Shown piece after piece: positions 36,468 to 49,171 of a stretch of DNA of 64,000 nt. Origin of the DNA: Lepidodermella squamata (taxonomy: Eukaryota; Animalia; Gastrotricha). Below the pieces are notes generated by a model, which made no database searches, was not told where the DNA came from, and worked only from the letters and a program-made list of their open reading frames with translations. How positions within the stretch are numbered: position 1 is the first letter of the stretch; each line of letters begins with the position of its first letter. The translations under genes and the position numbers were made by a program. The DNA lies in NCBI GenBank assembly GCA_047495785.1, contig JBLDXI010000013.1, positions 4,092,001 to 4,156,000 on the forward strand, given 5' to 3'.

Positions 36468-36950
36468 TTATTTTTTGCCTTCAATCGACCACAGTTGTTT
36501 AATAGCCCTGAAAAGGCCAATATTGGTGTAATTAAAGTAAGTTATTCCAGCAAATGCGATAATCGACATCAAATAGATCGCCGCCACGCCTGAGTAGTAC
36601 ATAAATTTCGGCTTGTAGCTCAAATAATCGACGACTACTTGTTCGAGGCCGAGGTGATTGTGGAGAACGATCAAGGTCGAAGCTAGGTAGTCGAAAAATG
36701 GCTGCGGGTAGAAGAGACCGGCCGGGATTGCGGCGAACAGTGAGTAGGAAAGCGCCCTGTCGAATATCCAGTGTTTCGGATAGTTGTTCTCCTCCTTCGA
36801 GTCGATTCGGTACAAGGCTTCTTTAGCGTCGAGTGGTTTAGCTGAGGTCGTGCGGAGCAATTTAACTGGGCGGTAGAAAGGCTTCCGAACTGCTAACTGT
36901 TGGGAAATACCCAAACGGCCAAAGCCGAGGAAAAGATTTCGAAACGGCAT
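36468..36950 (-). CDS. SDHD: Succinate dehydrogenase cytochrome b small subunit (CybS), intronless CDS
   Basis: Basic mitochondrial presequence from MPFRNLFLG; HWIFDRALS, LHNHLGLEQVVVDY, YFNYTNIGLFRAIKQLW. Confidence 0.9.
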   Translation of the reverse strand: MPFRNLFLGFGRLGISQQLAVRKPFYRPVKLLRTTSAKPLDAKEALYRIDSKEENNYPKHWIFDRALSYSLFAAIPAGLFYPQPFFDYLASTLIVLHNHLGLEQVVVDYLSYKPKFMYYSGVAAIYLMSIIAFAGITYFNYTNIGLFRAIKQLWSIEGKK

Positions 36951-37872
36951 TGAAAAATTGTGGAATGGCTTTATGAAACAAATCAAACAAATCAAAGATT
37001 TCGATGTACGCCGTTTTTAAAATTTGATATCGCGCAACACTTGTTAATGACGTAACACGTAACAAAAGAAAAAACGCAGAACGTTTTACCCTATTTTTTA
37101 AATTGTAATATCTATTTTCACTAAGAGTTTGCACTTTCCATTCGATCACAACCCTGATAAAAATAAAGAATAAGAGAGCACCTCGAAATGGTCGTAAATT
37201 GTTGTGTTATTTTGGCATCTTATTCTGACTATTGATTTTGCGACCATGAAAACCGATCATTCAATCACAAAAACGTTGATTATGTTACAGCTCCAGTGCG
37301 ACATCTGAGTGATGATTTCCATCAGGTTGGAAAATGGTTTAACCAAACTTTAAGAATCATTCGGTGAAGGCCTGAATCTGAAACGTATTGAACGTTGAAC
37401 GTTGAATGTTGACCTTGAACTCAATGACTCTGCGATTTGACGCAATAGGTACTTTTCATTATCAACAATAAAAAAGAAACTGTTGATTAGTGGAAGCATG
37501 TATGCAATTTTCTCGATATTTATTGGAGGTTAATCTTTCCAAATATCTACCATTAGACCCAAATATCTATCAAGGGAGCTCAAATCGTTAATAGCCGTGA
37601 ACAGGAGTTTTCAAGTTGGGGGTTACCAGTTTGCTTTGCAATGTGTGCAAATGTTAGTGAACTCAAAACATAGATAACAGTAAAGATCGGACGCTTACGA
37701 TCCTGTCATAGTTTCAACATTTTAGGGTGCAAAGGTCACCATGTGCAAAGCCACATTTTTGTGCTTTTTATTTTTTCAGCCATGTGCGCATAGCAAAATT
37801 ACAACTAAGGCAATAATATATTATAATTATCTATGACTCAAAGCCTCATATTTTGGCGACTGATGGGCAATG

Positions 37873-38886
37873 CTATGGGCACTGCTCGCCAAATGGACAA
37901 ACAGTACATCTCTCGAGGGCAAGGCCGTAAACTGTGGCGGTACCGAAACTTCGAGTGTACAAAGGCGCCCCTGTCGCGGGATCGGTTCCGCTTATCAATG
38001 CCGCGCAGCATTCAGCATAACTAGCAAACCCGCCACGCACATCTATTCCAGGCGCCGTCACCTGTTGCATGTGTGTTTTAAAAATGATAAATGTCGCATG
38101 TCGCCAAATAAAAATGCTGAAAATAGCTTACGAAGTCACTAGATAATATGACATAGGAAGGAAGCGGTGCGGTGTGGGGGAATTTGACGCAATGAGCCTC
38201 ATTAGAGAAAGAGAAAGCACCGGCTTTGCTGGAAACCTTGTACGGCTTTGATTCTTTAGCTCCGATGCAGGCGGTTGTCGGATTAGTACCAGGAATTGTT
38301 TCTGTAAAAAGAAACGTGCTAGGTCGAGCGGCCACAGCAGCACAGCATTGGTCAAACGTGCTCCAACCAAGATCCATTGGCTGTAAGTAATGATAGCGCA
38401 GTTCGAAGTAGACTAAGCTAACTGAGGCGTAATACTTACGAAAACTCCGCCGTTAGGGAAAACACTTGTGCATGGAGCACCACTAGCGACGCACAGTCTA
38501 ACATCCGTTTGCCCAATGCCGTAACTCGCAACCGTGGACGATATAGAGCAGAGTTGGAATTGACCTCCCGATGGCTAAAGAACAATTTTACATTACAATT
38601 ATAAGGCGTAATTGCTGTGGCACACCCCAGCGACTGGTGAGCACTGTGAACCTGAAGGACAAGTTGCCGTATTGCCCGAAGTTGGACACGATGGGCAAGA
38701 AGTGGAGGAAGGACACGGTGCTGACGCACCTTTCGATGGCTCGAGAGTAGGACAAGGTGCACTTGTCACAGTAACAAGAGAAGGACAAGGCGCGCATGTA
38801 CTTACGCTAGTGCTGGTGGTTGGTGTGGTACAGGAACTAACCACCGCGAAAATCGCGGAGAGCACAAACAAATTTGTAGCCTCCAT
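37873..38886 (-). CDS. Secreted Cys/Thr/Ser/Pro-rich orphan protein, 4 exons
   Basis: Signal MEATNLFVLSAIFAVVSS; CPS/CAP repeats; three phase-0 introns join PSGGQFQLC.., PMDLGWSTFDQCCAA.. and VTAPGIDVRGGFASYAECCAA..CP*. Confidence 0.65.
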
Positions 38887-39627
38887 CTTTGAAACAGGAT
38901 TCAAGAATTTACCCGAATCGCCATGTATAATATATACTGTAGGGTTGAATAGAAAAACGCTAACAATCTGTATTTAGTCTTCTTCTTGTGAGTCATATTA
39001 TATTACACTATATTACTCACATGGTCTTCTTAGCATAGGTAGTCTTCTAATTACCAGTAATCGGACAAATAAGAGATTCGTGTATTTTTAAAGTATTAGT
39101 CTCAAGATTCATGTAGGGGGATTAATTGTTTGGGCATGCATATGTCTGTAACATCAACTCACTCGTTATGCCAAGGGTTGGCGTTGGCATCACAATCCCC
39201 TCAACATCATCGCCGTCAGGACACAACTTTTGAAAGATTTCAATTTATTTTAATTTTTCAGCAGATAATCTCCGGGAATAAAGAAACGCACCCAAAATTC
39301 AATGAATCTCATGAATTGTTTTATTTTTATTTATGTTAGATACTAGGCATATCACAGTCTTGATTAGGCTTTCAAGTCGATCATGTACGGATCCACTGGG
39401 AGAACCAGGTTCATTATGGACTAAGGAGGGAAAATTGAAAGCTGGAACCCCAATTTTAGATGTGGAAAGTTCTGGACCACATTTAAAAAGCAAAACTTTG
39501 TATTGAGTTTTCTATTTGTCGAAGTGAAATTTGTTCACAAATAAAAAAAAATGGATTGCGCATTATCATTATTTCTTTTATTCATCTTAATGCAAAGACG
39601 AATCTGAAAGGTTCCGATCCGTCTGAT

Positions 39628-40846
39628 TCAGCTTTCAGCCTCCTTTTTATATGTCGGGATGATTCCAAGCCAGAGCTATAAGAACACGAATCATTTTTTC
39701 AGAAATAAATTAATGATTCTTCGAACTTTTTACCTTCAAATTGTTTTGCTTCGCAAGAATGAACAATCTGGCTTTCAAGGTGGTCACAATTAGCAGATGC
39801 GTCGCTAATGATGACATCAAGTGCCAAGCAGCGTGCAGCTGACTGAAAGGCCTTAAACTCGGCGGCAAAACATTTCGCCTCAAATACCTTGAAAAATGTG
39901 ACAAGAATCGCAACGTTTTCAAGAATCAATCCACTCACGTCAAATTATCGCAGGAAATTCGGTCGATTGCCCAAACAAGGCCGGCTGCTAGGTACAGCCC
40001 TACTGCAATACTAAGAAGCCGGACCAAACTCGAATTTAATTGCTTAGAAATTCGACCCAGATTCACAGAGCCAGCAATTAAAATCAGAATATAGCTCGCT
40101 TCAAAAACTACCCGATTGCCGTAGAAAATGTAGAGCTGTCGAATAAATTGCATAAAAAATTAAATGAAAAAAAATGAAAATTAGAAAAAATTGAGAAAAA
40201 TTTAAAAAAAATCAAAGAAGAATTTAAGGTCAAAATGATACATATTAAAAAGTTTAATAAATTTTGAAAAAATGTTAAAAATAATTGGAAAATGAATTTC
40301 CTTACATAAACTGAGCAAAATGTTGTCGCAGCTAGAGCGAGAATTAGCAAAAAATTCCGTCGCGGTTTTTTGGTCGGCAGTTCATAAACGGCATAGAAAT
40401 AAGTAACGACGCCGAAAATCATCGGCAGCTCATCGGCGAGTTGGAAATGTTTCAAAAGGGTCATGTGAAACAAAACTGATCCAATTCCCACGACTGTAAA
40501 TTTAAAAATTTAAAAATTATTGTTTTAATTTATGAAAAATCTGACTTGACATTGCAATGGAGGGTGCGATGTAACGAAATTCAACTCGTTTAGTTTTATA
40601 GGACTCATAACTGCCTATTATCGGAAGAAAAACGATAGCCAAACTCGACAAAGTGTTCCCTAGAAATTAATGAAAAAATTTAGAAGAAACTCTTCAAATC
40701 AGATATTTTTTACAAAATTCAGCAACGTAAGTAGTCATTTCGTAATTCGCCTCGCACCAGTCGATATTTGCTGTTACAGGGCCCCAATAGCCTTGGCCGT
40801 CCCCATAGCCGACCATATCGTAAGGCCTCATAGATGGCGGTGGCAT
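39628..40846 (-). CDS. ACER3: Alkaline ceramidase (ACER3-like, CREST family) copy A
   Basis: GYWGPVTANIDWCEANY, GIGSVLFHMTL..QLADELPM, SQLHAAWH; multi-exon. Confidence 0.9.
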
Positions 40847-41152
40847 AATTTTGCGAAAATTCAGAAATTTGCGAGTTATTTGAATTTCTCATGAAATTTT
40901 GCTGCGTCAAAAGACGAGCGGCGTGGCTAGTCTTTCAAAAAGCCCACGCATTCTTGCCAAGCCTTTCGAAGCAATTGCCATTCATAAGCATGTAAAAAGC
41001 CCTTTCATCACCATTAACACATATTCTCATCCTTTTATTCATCATAATTAGGCTGGTAATTTTAAATTAAAAGGTAGCAAGATAACATTCAGATGACATT
41101 TTTGTTCCAATATTTAATTACGTTAGTTCGATGCTTTGTTATTAAAAAAATA

Positions 41153-42307
41153 TTAGTTGAAATGGGCTTTTGATGTCCCTTTTTCGATCTCAGACGGACA
41201 GGGTGCACAGTAAGGCAGGCAACCGTACTTCAGGCCGATCGTTGAAGTCTTCGAAAGGCGGGTGAATCGCGTTTTAACGAGAAGAAGTAAGAAGGCATGA
41301 GCTCCGAAAGCGACTAGAACGTGCCAAATGGCATGAAATTGACTGAATGGATGTAGGGTTGGATGAATAGCTTGTCGAATCGACCTGAAATAACATTCAA
41401 TCGATTTTTGAGTTTTCAAAATTTCAAAACAGACCTCAGCTGATCGCAATGTAGCCGGTCGGTAATCCAGAATACAACGGCACTTCCATAGCAAAGCATG
41501 GCCATGAAGTAAAATGTGATAGCTGATCTGTCGATTCTGAGCAAAAAAATATTTAAAATTTTACAAAAACTCAGAACAAATCTATACTTGATAAGCCGAA
41601 CGAGAAGCAAACCCATAGAGTAGACAACCATTGTCCCATAAGTGCCTTCAAAAATGAGCCGATCATCCAATATCAAATAGGTCTGTGAAAATATTCGATA
41701 ATCTAGCTGTAATTAACACATAAAATGTTGACATTACCCCGCACGATATTAGGCAACAGAAAAATAGGAAAATCGCTAGGGGTTTGTTGATCACCCGGCG
41801 ATCTTTATCAAGTTCTTGCCTATGAATTAATATTAATTAATTAATAATTTTAGGCATATTTCTCGAGTTATACGCGCAATATACGATAGCAGCGGTGCCC
41901 CAAATCATTGGCATTTCGTCGAAAAGTTGCAGGTGGTACAACAGGCTCATATGGAACATGATTGAACCGATGCCAACAGCTACAAAAAATTCATTTTGAT
42001 TGGAAAAAAACATTTTAGATTATTTATACCAATCATGGCGAAAAATGGAATTATATAGTGGAATTCGATATGACGACCTCGCCAGCCCTCTACAATGCCG
42101 ACGGTAGACAGGAAAATCATCCAAACATTGGATATCGTGTTCCCTAAAAATTCAGAAAAATTTTTAAAAAATTTTAATAAAATTTTCTCACTCACAAAAT
42201 TCTGCGATATAGTATGTAATTTCATAATTGCCCTCGCACCAGTCGATATTGGAGGTAACTGGGCCCCAAAACCCATGATCTGCTCCTCCGGCTCCACTTG
42301 AATCCAT
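41153..42307 (-). CDS. ACER3: Alkaline ceramidase copy B
   Basis: GFWGPVTSNIDWCEGNY, GIGSIMFH..QLFDEMPM, SQFHAIWH. Confidence 0.9.
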
Positions 42308-42823
42308 TTTTGCCAACAAAATTCTTCAAACTAATTTTCTTTACGAATTTGTTTTTATCCGAGTGTCAGACTACAACAATACGCAAAGGCTCAAGACGCG
42401 TGTCCAAAATCGAGAACGACACCCCATTCATAATGAAATGAAAAGATGTGTATGACCATTCATGGAAATTTAAGATTTATCTCAATGAATATTTGTTGTT
42501 ATTCCGAAAAATCTTCATCTATAAAATTGAAAAGGCAATAAATACTGCTTTATTTTCGTCAAATTCTTTCAATAAATTCATATATATCTGTTTGGCATAA
42601 AATTTGTCATGGAAGGCAAGAAAACTGAGTTTAAGGTGAGATTGGAAATTCAAATTAATTGCACAATGAAATTCACTTCAAAAAATTCGTCTTGCTGAAA
42701 TTGCACAGATTTATAACAGGCGCAGATCTCATTTTCCGAGTATTTTTTTCAATATAATTTAGACAGTCTACTGGATCAAATTCTTCGCATGCCAACACCG
42801 GTGTTGAAGTGATGGCCTTTTAT

Positions 42824-44056
42824 CTAATGAGCTTTGTCGACCTTTTCAGCCTCGTCCACGGTCAGCGTGCCTTCTTCAAGTTCCCGCAAACGGCCGTAGC
42901 GATAAACGGGGAAAATGTTGAATTTTCGGCCGAATAAATGCGGCTTTTTGAGCGAGGTGAAGCGTGTCCGAAGAATGACCATCAGAAACGAATGGCCGCC
43001 CCAGCCGACGAAAATGTGCCAGACGGAGTGAAATTGGCTGAAAGGCTTCAAAACGCCGGGCAAAACGTTTTTCCGAGCATAGCTAAAAATTGAATTTAAA
43101 TTAAAATCACGAAATTGTTCAAGGGTAAACTCACTCGAGGGTGTCACAATGAAAGCGGTCGACGAGCCAACATGCGAAAGCGAATGCGTAGAAAAATACG
43201 GCGAGGAAGAATAGCCACAAAATTCCGCGATCGATACTGAAAATAATTATAGGGAAAACATTGTGAAAAATGCAAATGTTAATGCCTCACTAATAAGTTC
43301 GAAATCCGAGCAGAGTGATCGAATAAGCGACCAGAATTGCGTAAACGACCTCGAAAATCAATCGATCGTCGAAAATCAGATAGGTCTAAATTTTTAAATA
43401 AAATTCCAAAATTTAAAATTTCAATTTGAAAATGTGAAAATTCGGTTAAAGAAAATTTTTCAAAATTTACCGAAGTGGTCAGAGTGCAAACTGTGAGCAG
43501 AAATATCGCCAAGGGCCAGTTGTATTTTTTGCGAGGTGTAGGCAGACCTTGACTGAAATTCAATTTTTTAAGAAATTTTAATCTTGAATAATTTAAATTG
43601 AATAATTAAAGTGAATAATTTACACTGCATATAATATAGAAGCAGTCCCCCATATCATAGGAAGCTCGTCTAGCAGTTGCGTCCAATATTTCAAGCTACC
43701 ATGAAAGAATACAGAACCGAAACCAACACCTTAAAAAATTTAAATTTAAAAATAAAAATAAAGAATCGAAAAATTTCAACTCACACATCATTGATAAAAA
43801 GGGCAAAATGTAGTAAAATTCGACCTGGCGACCTTTCCATCCTTCGTAGGCGCCAAATAGTGATAGGAAGGCAAGTGAAAAATTGGTCATGGTATTCCCT
43901 AATAAACAGTTTGTTCAATATTTCAAGGCGAAATAACTCCAGCTTACAAAATTCGGCGATGTAAATTGAGACTTCATAATTAGCCTCGCACCAGTCGATA
44001 TTGGCCGTCACTGGGCCCCAATAGCCGACTATTTCGGGCTCCGCGTCTGCCGTCAT
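42824..44056 (-). CDS. ACER3: Alkaline ceramidase copy C
   Basis: GYWGPVTANIDWCEANY, GFGSVFFHGSL..QLLDELPM, SQFHSVWH. Confidence 0.9.
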
Positions 44057-44299
44057 GTCCTCATCAATTAATGGCCCTAAAAAATGAAAATAAATCCATT
44101 AAAAATTTCAATTTTTTCAACAATTAAAATCATAAGATATAAGACAAAATTTCGATGATTGGAACTGGTATAATTGAATCAATAAAATTCACGTGATTTG
44201 TTTAAATGCTTTCTGAAAGCTGAAAATGACTAGATTGATAAAATGAAATGATTGATAACATGAAATTTCAAACGATAAAACATTATTTTGATCGTTTTT

Positions 44300-47254
44300 T
44301 CAGTCACGCTTCGCCGGCTTTTTGCCCTTGCCCTTGCCGGCTTTGTTCGCATCTTCGCGCGGGTCCTCGGCCTCGCCGCTCTTGCCAACGGCGATTCGAA
44401 CTATGAAAACGGCAATGAAGTAGAACCAGTATGCGTAAAAGAAGTAGAGCGCTCCTAGGAAGAGGTTGAAAAACAAGTGGAAAGGCAACGGTAGTATAGG
44501 GTGAGCAGCCCAAACGCCCAGCGATGCCGCGCGCCACACCTTTGTCAAGTGGAAAAGCAGCCGGTTAGACACCCTGGATTAGAAAAAAATAAGTCGTCTT
44601 ATTGAAACCAAAAAAAATTATGACATCAAAAAATAGTCAACTTTTTTAAATCAAAATTTTAAATATGAAATTTGGAATTTGGAAATTTGGAAATTTTAAT
44701 TTTTTTCGAGATTTTGAAATAATATTTATTTGAACTAAAATTTCAATTTCAGATTTTAAAAATTACCAAGTCACGGCAAAGAGAACGGCCAATATATCTG
44801 ATAAGAAGTTGCAAACAGGCGAAAATCCCGATGTTGTTTTTCGAAGATAGGTGAAAAATTTGCCGCTTTCCAAGAAAATGTCGCTAATATCGTTGAGGAA
44901 GAAAATGAGCACGCCAATTTTTGTGCACCGTGTAATGAACGAAAATGAAATGAGGGTCATCGACACAAAGTGATGAGTCATCATAACCATGGAATCTTTC
45001 CGCCACGCGTCCATGTACAGCGTGCCGTAGACCGAGTGCAGGTAGAAGCTGAGTTGTAGCTTGTAGATGAGCAGTAAATCGAATGGGGTCTGTGATATCG
45101 ACCAGTCGGTGAAGTGTTTCATAGGCTCTTGGAAGAAGGTGTACTCCGTGAAGAGAACGGTCTTTGTCGCGTAGGTCCACATGATGGAGTAGGCAAGGAA
45201 TTTCCAGGCTGATTCGCCGAGTTTTTCTACATTTTTCTCAGCAACTCCCTTCCACCTTGCAAACGGCTAAAAAAATAAAGCAAAATAGAAGAAAGCCATG
45301 AAGCTTATTAGTGATAATGTAGAAATGCGAATTTTTATATAACCTGGTAAATACCGAAAAATACCGAACCGAACCAGTAAAACTATCATTATTGCGAATA
45401 AACCGCGGATAATTACTGTCAAATGGGGTGACTTTGGCCGATCAAAAATCGAATGTCAGTGCGGTAAACAACCCATGAGTTGGGTACCGCTGGATAGTCC
45501 AGGAAAACGTCCTGAGTGTGTACACTGTGTGCAAATATTTACAACCTAATTCGGGACATGTAGAGAGGGAAGTTTTGAAAATTTCCTTTTTCGTTAAAAT
45601 TTCTGTGCCTAATAAAAATGGATCTCATTAGATAGAATCTTCAGACTGTTCTTTACCTGGGCTTTCTAATGGTACACAACAAAAAGGGGTATTTATGATT
45701 ATACAACCCGGGGAAAATCCAAGCAAAATAAAATAATTGATAGATCTCTAATTATGAGATGCTAATTATGCAACCAACATACTGAAGAAAATCGGCACTG
45801 AGAAAAATGTCCACAAATCACAGTGGAGGATTAGGCACAGATGCCAGGATGCCATTCCAAATTTCCGATAACTCTCTAGACGCTAGCGGGCCTGATTACG
45901 AGAGTTATTCTCGAAATTTGCAAAATATTCGGGCTTTTAGGGGTGACTAATTTTGAATATCGGATTTTGGAGTTTAGAGGATTTTGCTGATTGGTCAAAA
46001 TCTAGAAAAAGCCTTGTCATATAGGGATCAAACAAATTAACAAAGGTATTAACATAGGGACATAAAATCATCTAGATTTAAAAAGAACATTTGAAAACTT
46101 CATTTTTTAGTATTTTTCAAATTTTATTGAAAAAACGGTCGTATGAAATTTCGGCCCACGACTTTTGGGCCACGACTTTTCAGTCACGTCAGCTGAGCCG
46201 GAAGACAATTCAGCCCGCGACATACCTAAGAGCCCATATTTTAATGAAAAAGAGCGACATTTTAGCCGCGACAATTCAGCGAGCGACGTTTCACCACAAA
46301 GCTTTCATTTCCTAGACGACATTTCCGCATTCGACATTTTAGCCAGCGACAATTCAGCCCTCCCAATACCTTATTACTGACCAAAGCAATTCTGAATGTC
46401 CACAGCTACCTGACTGCTTAAGCTGGGGCTGAATTGACGTCGGCTTATTTGTTGCCGGCTGAAACATCGTCATATTTTTATGTATTATGGGCTAAACTGT
46501 CGTCAGCTGAATTGTCGCTGAAATTTGTTTTAATTTCGGCTGAGATGTCGCAGGCTGGATTGTCGCTCAGTTATTTAGGCTTAATTGTCGTTGGGCTGTA
46601 AAGTCTACGCGGAATTAAGCGGCTAAAATGTCGTGTGCTGTATTGACGCCACACCGAAAAAACGAAAGCAAATTAAAAAATGGAAATAAGCGATTATCCA
46701 TAGATGAATACCATTCCTATATTAATATTAATAAAATTTCAACCGCGAAATTTTGGAAAATTCGAAATTTAATTAGTTGCGAATCGTTCATTTTATTTAG
46801 TTTTCGCACCGACTTGGCCCCTCAACTCTATTAGGGATGGGCGATTATTAGCGAATGGGCTACTATTGGAAAAACGGTAAATTTGTTTATCTATAATTAT
46901 ACGAAACAAAATCCTGTTTGTATAGTAGTTAGATACCTTGAAAACGACTCCATCGAGAATGTAGCGCGCAACAGTCCATAAAATAGCAAACCCTAGCACC
47001 GTGACGAGTTCCTCGACGGTGATCAGCGCGGTGAAGTACTTGAAATCCGTCGCGAATCTGCCGCCGAAATAGCGAAAAAACCCGACTTTATCCGTCGTAT
47101 TCGCATAGATCTCGCGGTAACACTGCACGGTTAGGCCGAGACCGCGAGCTATGTCCGCAACGGCCTGTAGCGGGTTAAGCGTTTCTTCAGTGCCCGCCGT
47201 CTGGCGCAAATGCTCGCATTCGCCGTACGACGCCGGGTAACCAGCGAGGGCCAT
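44300..47254 (-). CDS. CERS1: Ceramide synthase (LAG1/TLC domain, CerS1-like, no homeodomain), 3 exons (47254 to about 46937, about 45266-44768, about 44574-44300)
   Basis: KLGESAWKFLAY, FYLHSVYGTLYMDAWRKDSMVMMTHH..LNDISDIFLE (Lag1 motif), YWFYFI..EDPRE. Confidence 0.9.
45414..46080 (+). mobile_element. Probable non-autonomous Tc1/pogo-like DNA transposon remnant in a CerS intron
   Basis: Starts ta-ctgtcaaatggggtgactttg; partner TIR not found; related-looking sequence near 4975-5490. Confidence 0.35.
46136..46656. mobile_element. Foldback MITE built from about 15-bp repeats (cgacaattcagcc) in inverted orientation
   Basis: Left half has cgacaattcagc/cgacatttt units, right half has gctgaattgtcg units; termini cggt...accg flanked by A-runs. 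Confidence 0.75.
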
Positions 47255-49171
47255 ATTGTATATGCCGAAAAAATGCTAGGCGCTATTCACAATATACCTA
47301 CGTTGCTGCGTGCTCGCCACTACAAGAACAGTGCGTTTTCGCTATTCAGGCAACTGAAACTGTGTGTATGTATAAGGCGGTCGAGTATAGGGGCTTTTGT
47401 TGTCGTAGCATGTCGGTACTAGCAACAATGTACAGCGTAGAGATAAGCGACCTTCGTTTGGCTGTGTATTGCAGCTCAAGTAATATAGTAATTTTTGTTT
47501 GTTTGCTTACTTGCTCATGAACGGGAACTTGAAAATACGAAAAATTATCGGGTCATTCATGACAAGAAATTATACGCGCGGTCTTGAGCTAAACGCGATA
47601 AAAAGGCAAACCGTAACGTAGCCCGAAAATTACAAAAATGCAATAGATTTTTCGGGCTATTATCACTAGGGTTTCTTGTTTCTTATAAGGGAGCAGCTAT
47701 TACAAGGGCTCCAACAAATATTTTAAATTAATTAAAAAAGTTGTTGGCGTTTCGTCGCTCCGTGACCTTTGACCCCTGAAGCGGCAATTCTTATGACGTC
47801 CAAAATGAGATGACCAAGGCGGAAAATTAATAAGGTGAACGATTGACACGGTTTGGAGACATTTCTTTGCGAAAAAGTAGTTTTTATCCAATCGATTTAT
47901 TCGAATATAAGTTTACAATGAAAAGTGAGAAGAATATAAATATAAGACGAGTGCCAAATATCAAAAAATATTACATGAGCTGGTCCACCAATACACATTT
48001 TAGACGAGTGTTATATGTATTTGTATGATATTGAAATCGTTTATTTGAAACGATGTGGTTAAACAATGAGGATAGGCTTTTTCCGAATTCTGCTTTTCCT
48101 CGATTACTCGATCATAATTAGCGATCTATACTTGTGCATTTTTTCATTTTCCTAGTATTTTCCCCAATCTATGATCATTAACCACCAACACCTGTGATTG
48201 GGGTGTTGTTGGATAGCCCGGATAAAGGGCAATCTGAAAACGGCATCTTATTTTCAAAGTGATTCAATGTTGAAGGGACATTATGAGAGTGTAATTGTCG
48301 TTTTAGCTTTTACAGAAATCTAGACGTTGAAAACTCGTTCCATTTTTTCAATCAATCTATTTCAAAATGTTAAATTTCATAATCTAACCTCTGAAAAGTG
48401 GTGATGCGTCACGTATTTTTCCTTAAATATAATGAGAAGAAATTGTTGATCCGCATCCTGGTTTCCAACTTTTTTAGCTCTCATTCAAAGGTACAAATAA
48501 GCAAATGCTCCAACATCCAACCATGTCGTACTTACTTTTGGGGAATATTCATCTTTTAATGAAGCCAAACTGAACTGAACTGAATCGGAACTAAATTTGA
48601 CTGCAAACGCAAAAGATGTACAACCTGATGTTTTCGAAAAATTATCGGTCAAACATACGGCGTCAAACATGAATGCTAAACAAATGCTCGTGTTCATCTT
48701 GAATACTTTCAATTTCACTCAAAATCAGGTGGAAATGCATGGAAATTCCCTAAAACGCTCCACGAATTTTCCTAATTCGATTCCGCAGTCGAATAATCGT
48801 ACCTTTTAATATAAGCTGAACCTAAAAAATTGCATTTCATATGAAAAATAAAACAAAGACAACAAAATTAGGTATAAAACAAAGCCAGAATATTTGTCTC
48901 ACAATCATTTGTTTTTAATTAAAAAAAATCATCACGAAACGGGCAACACATATACATAATAATTGAAATAAAAAACAGGCAGTCAACACGGTTTCAAAAT
49001 TTGTTAGTATAGTGCTTTGTTGTTTTTCAAATAAATAATACCTAATACATATATAATAATGATATAAAAAAGCGAAATCGTGCATGAGTTGCGATAAAAT
49101 TTCACCATAATTTGCGAGAGCGAGAAAAAATAATAAAAATCTGTGCTTGTTCAAATAGTTGTTCCGTTATT

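Noticed and set aside
48485-48809. Possible transposase remnant between CerS and ceramidase D
   Set aside because: No diagnostic motif and no termini found
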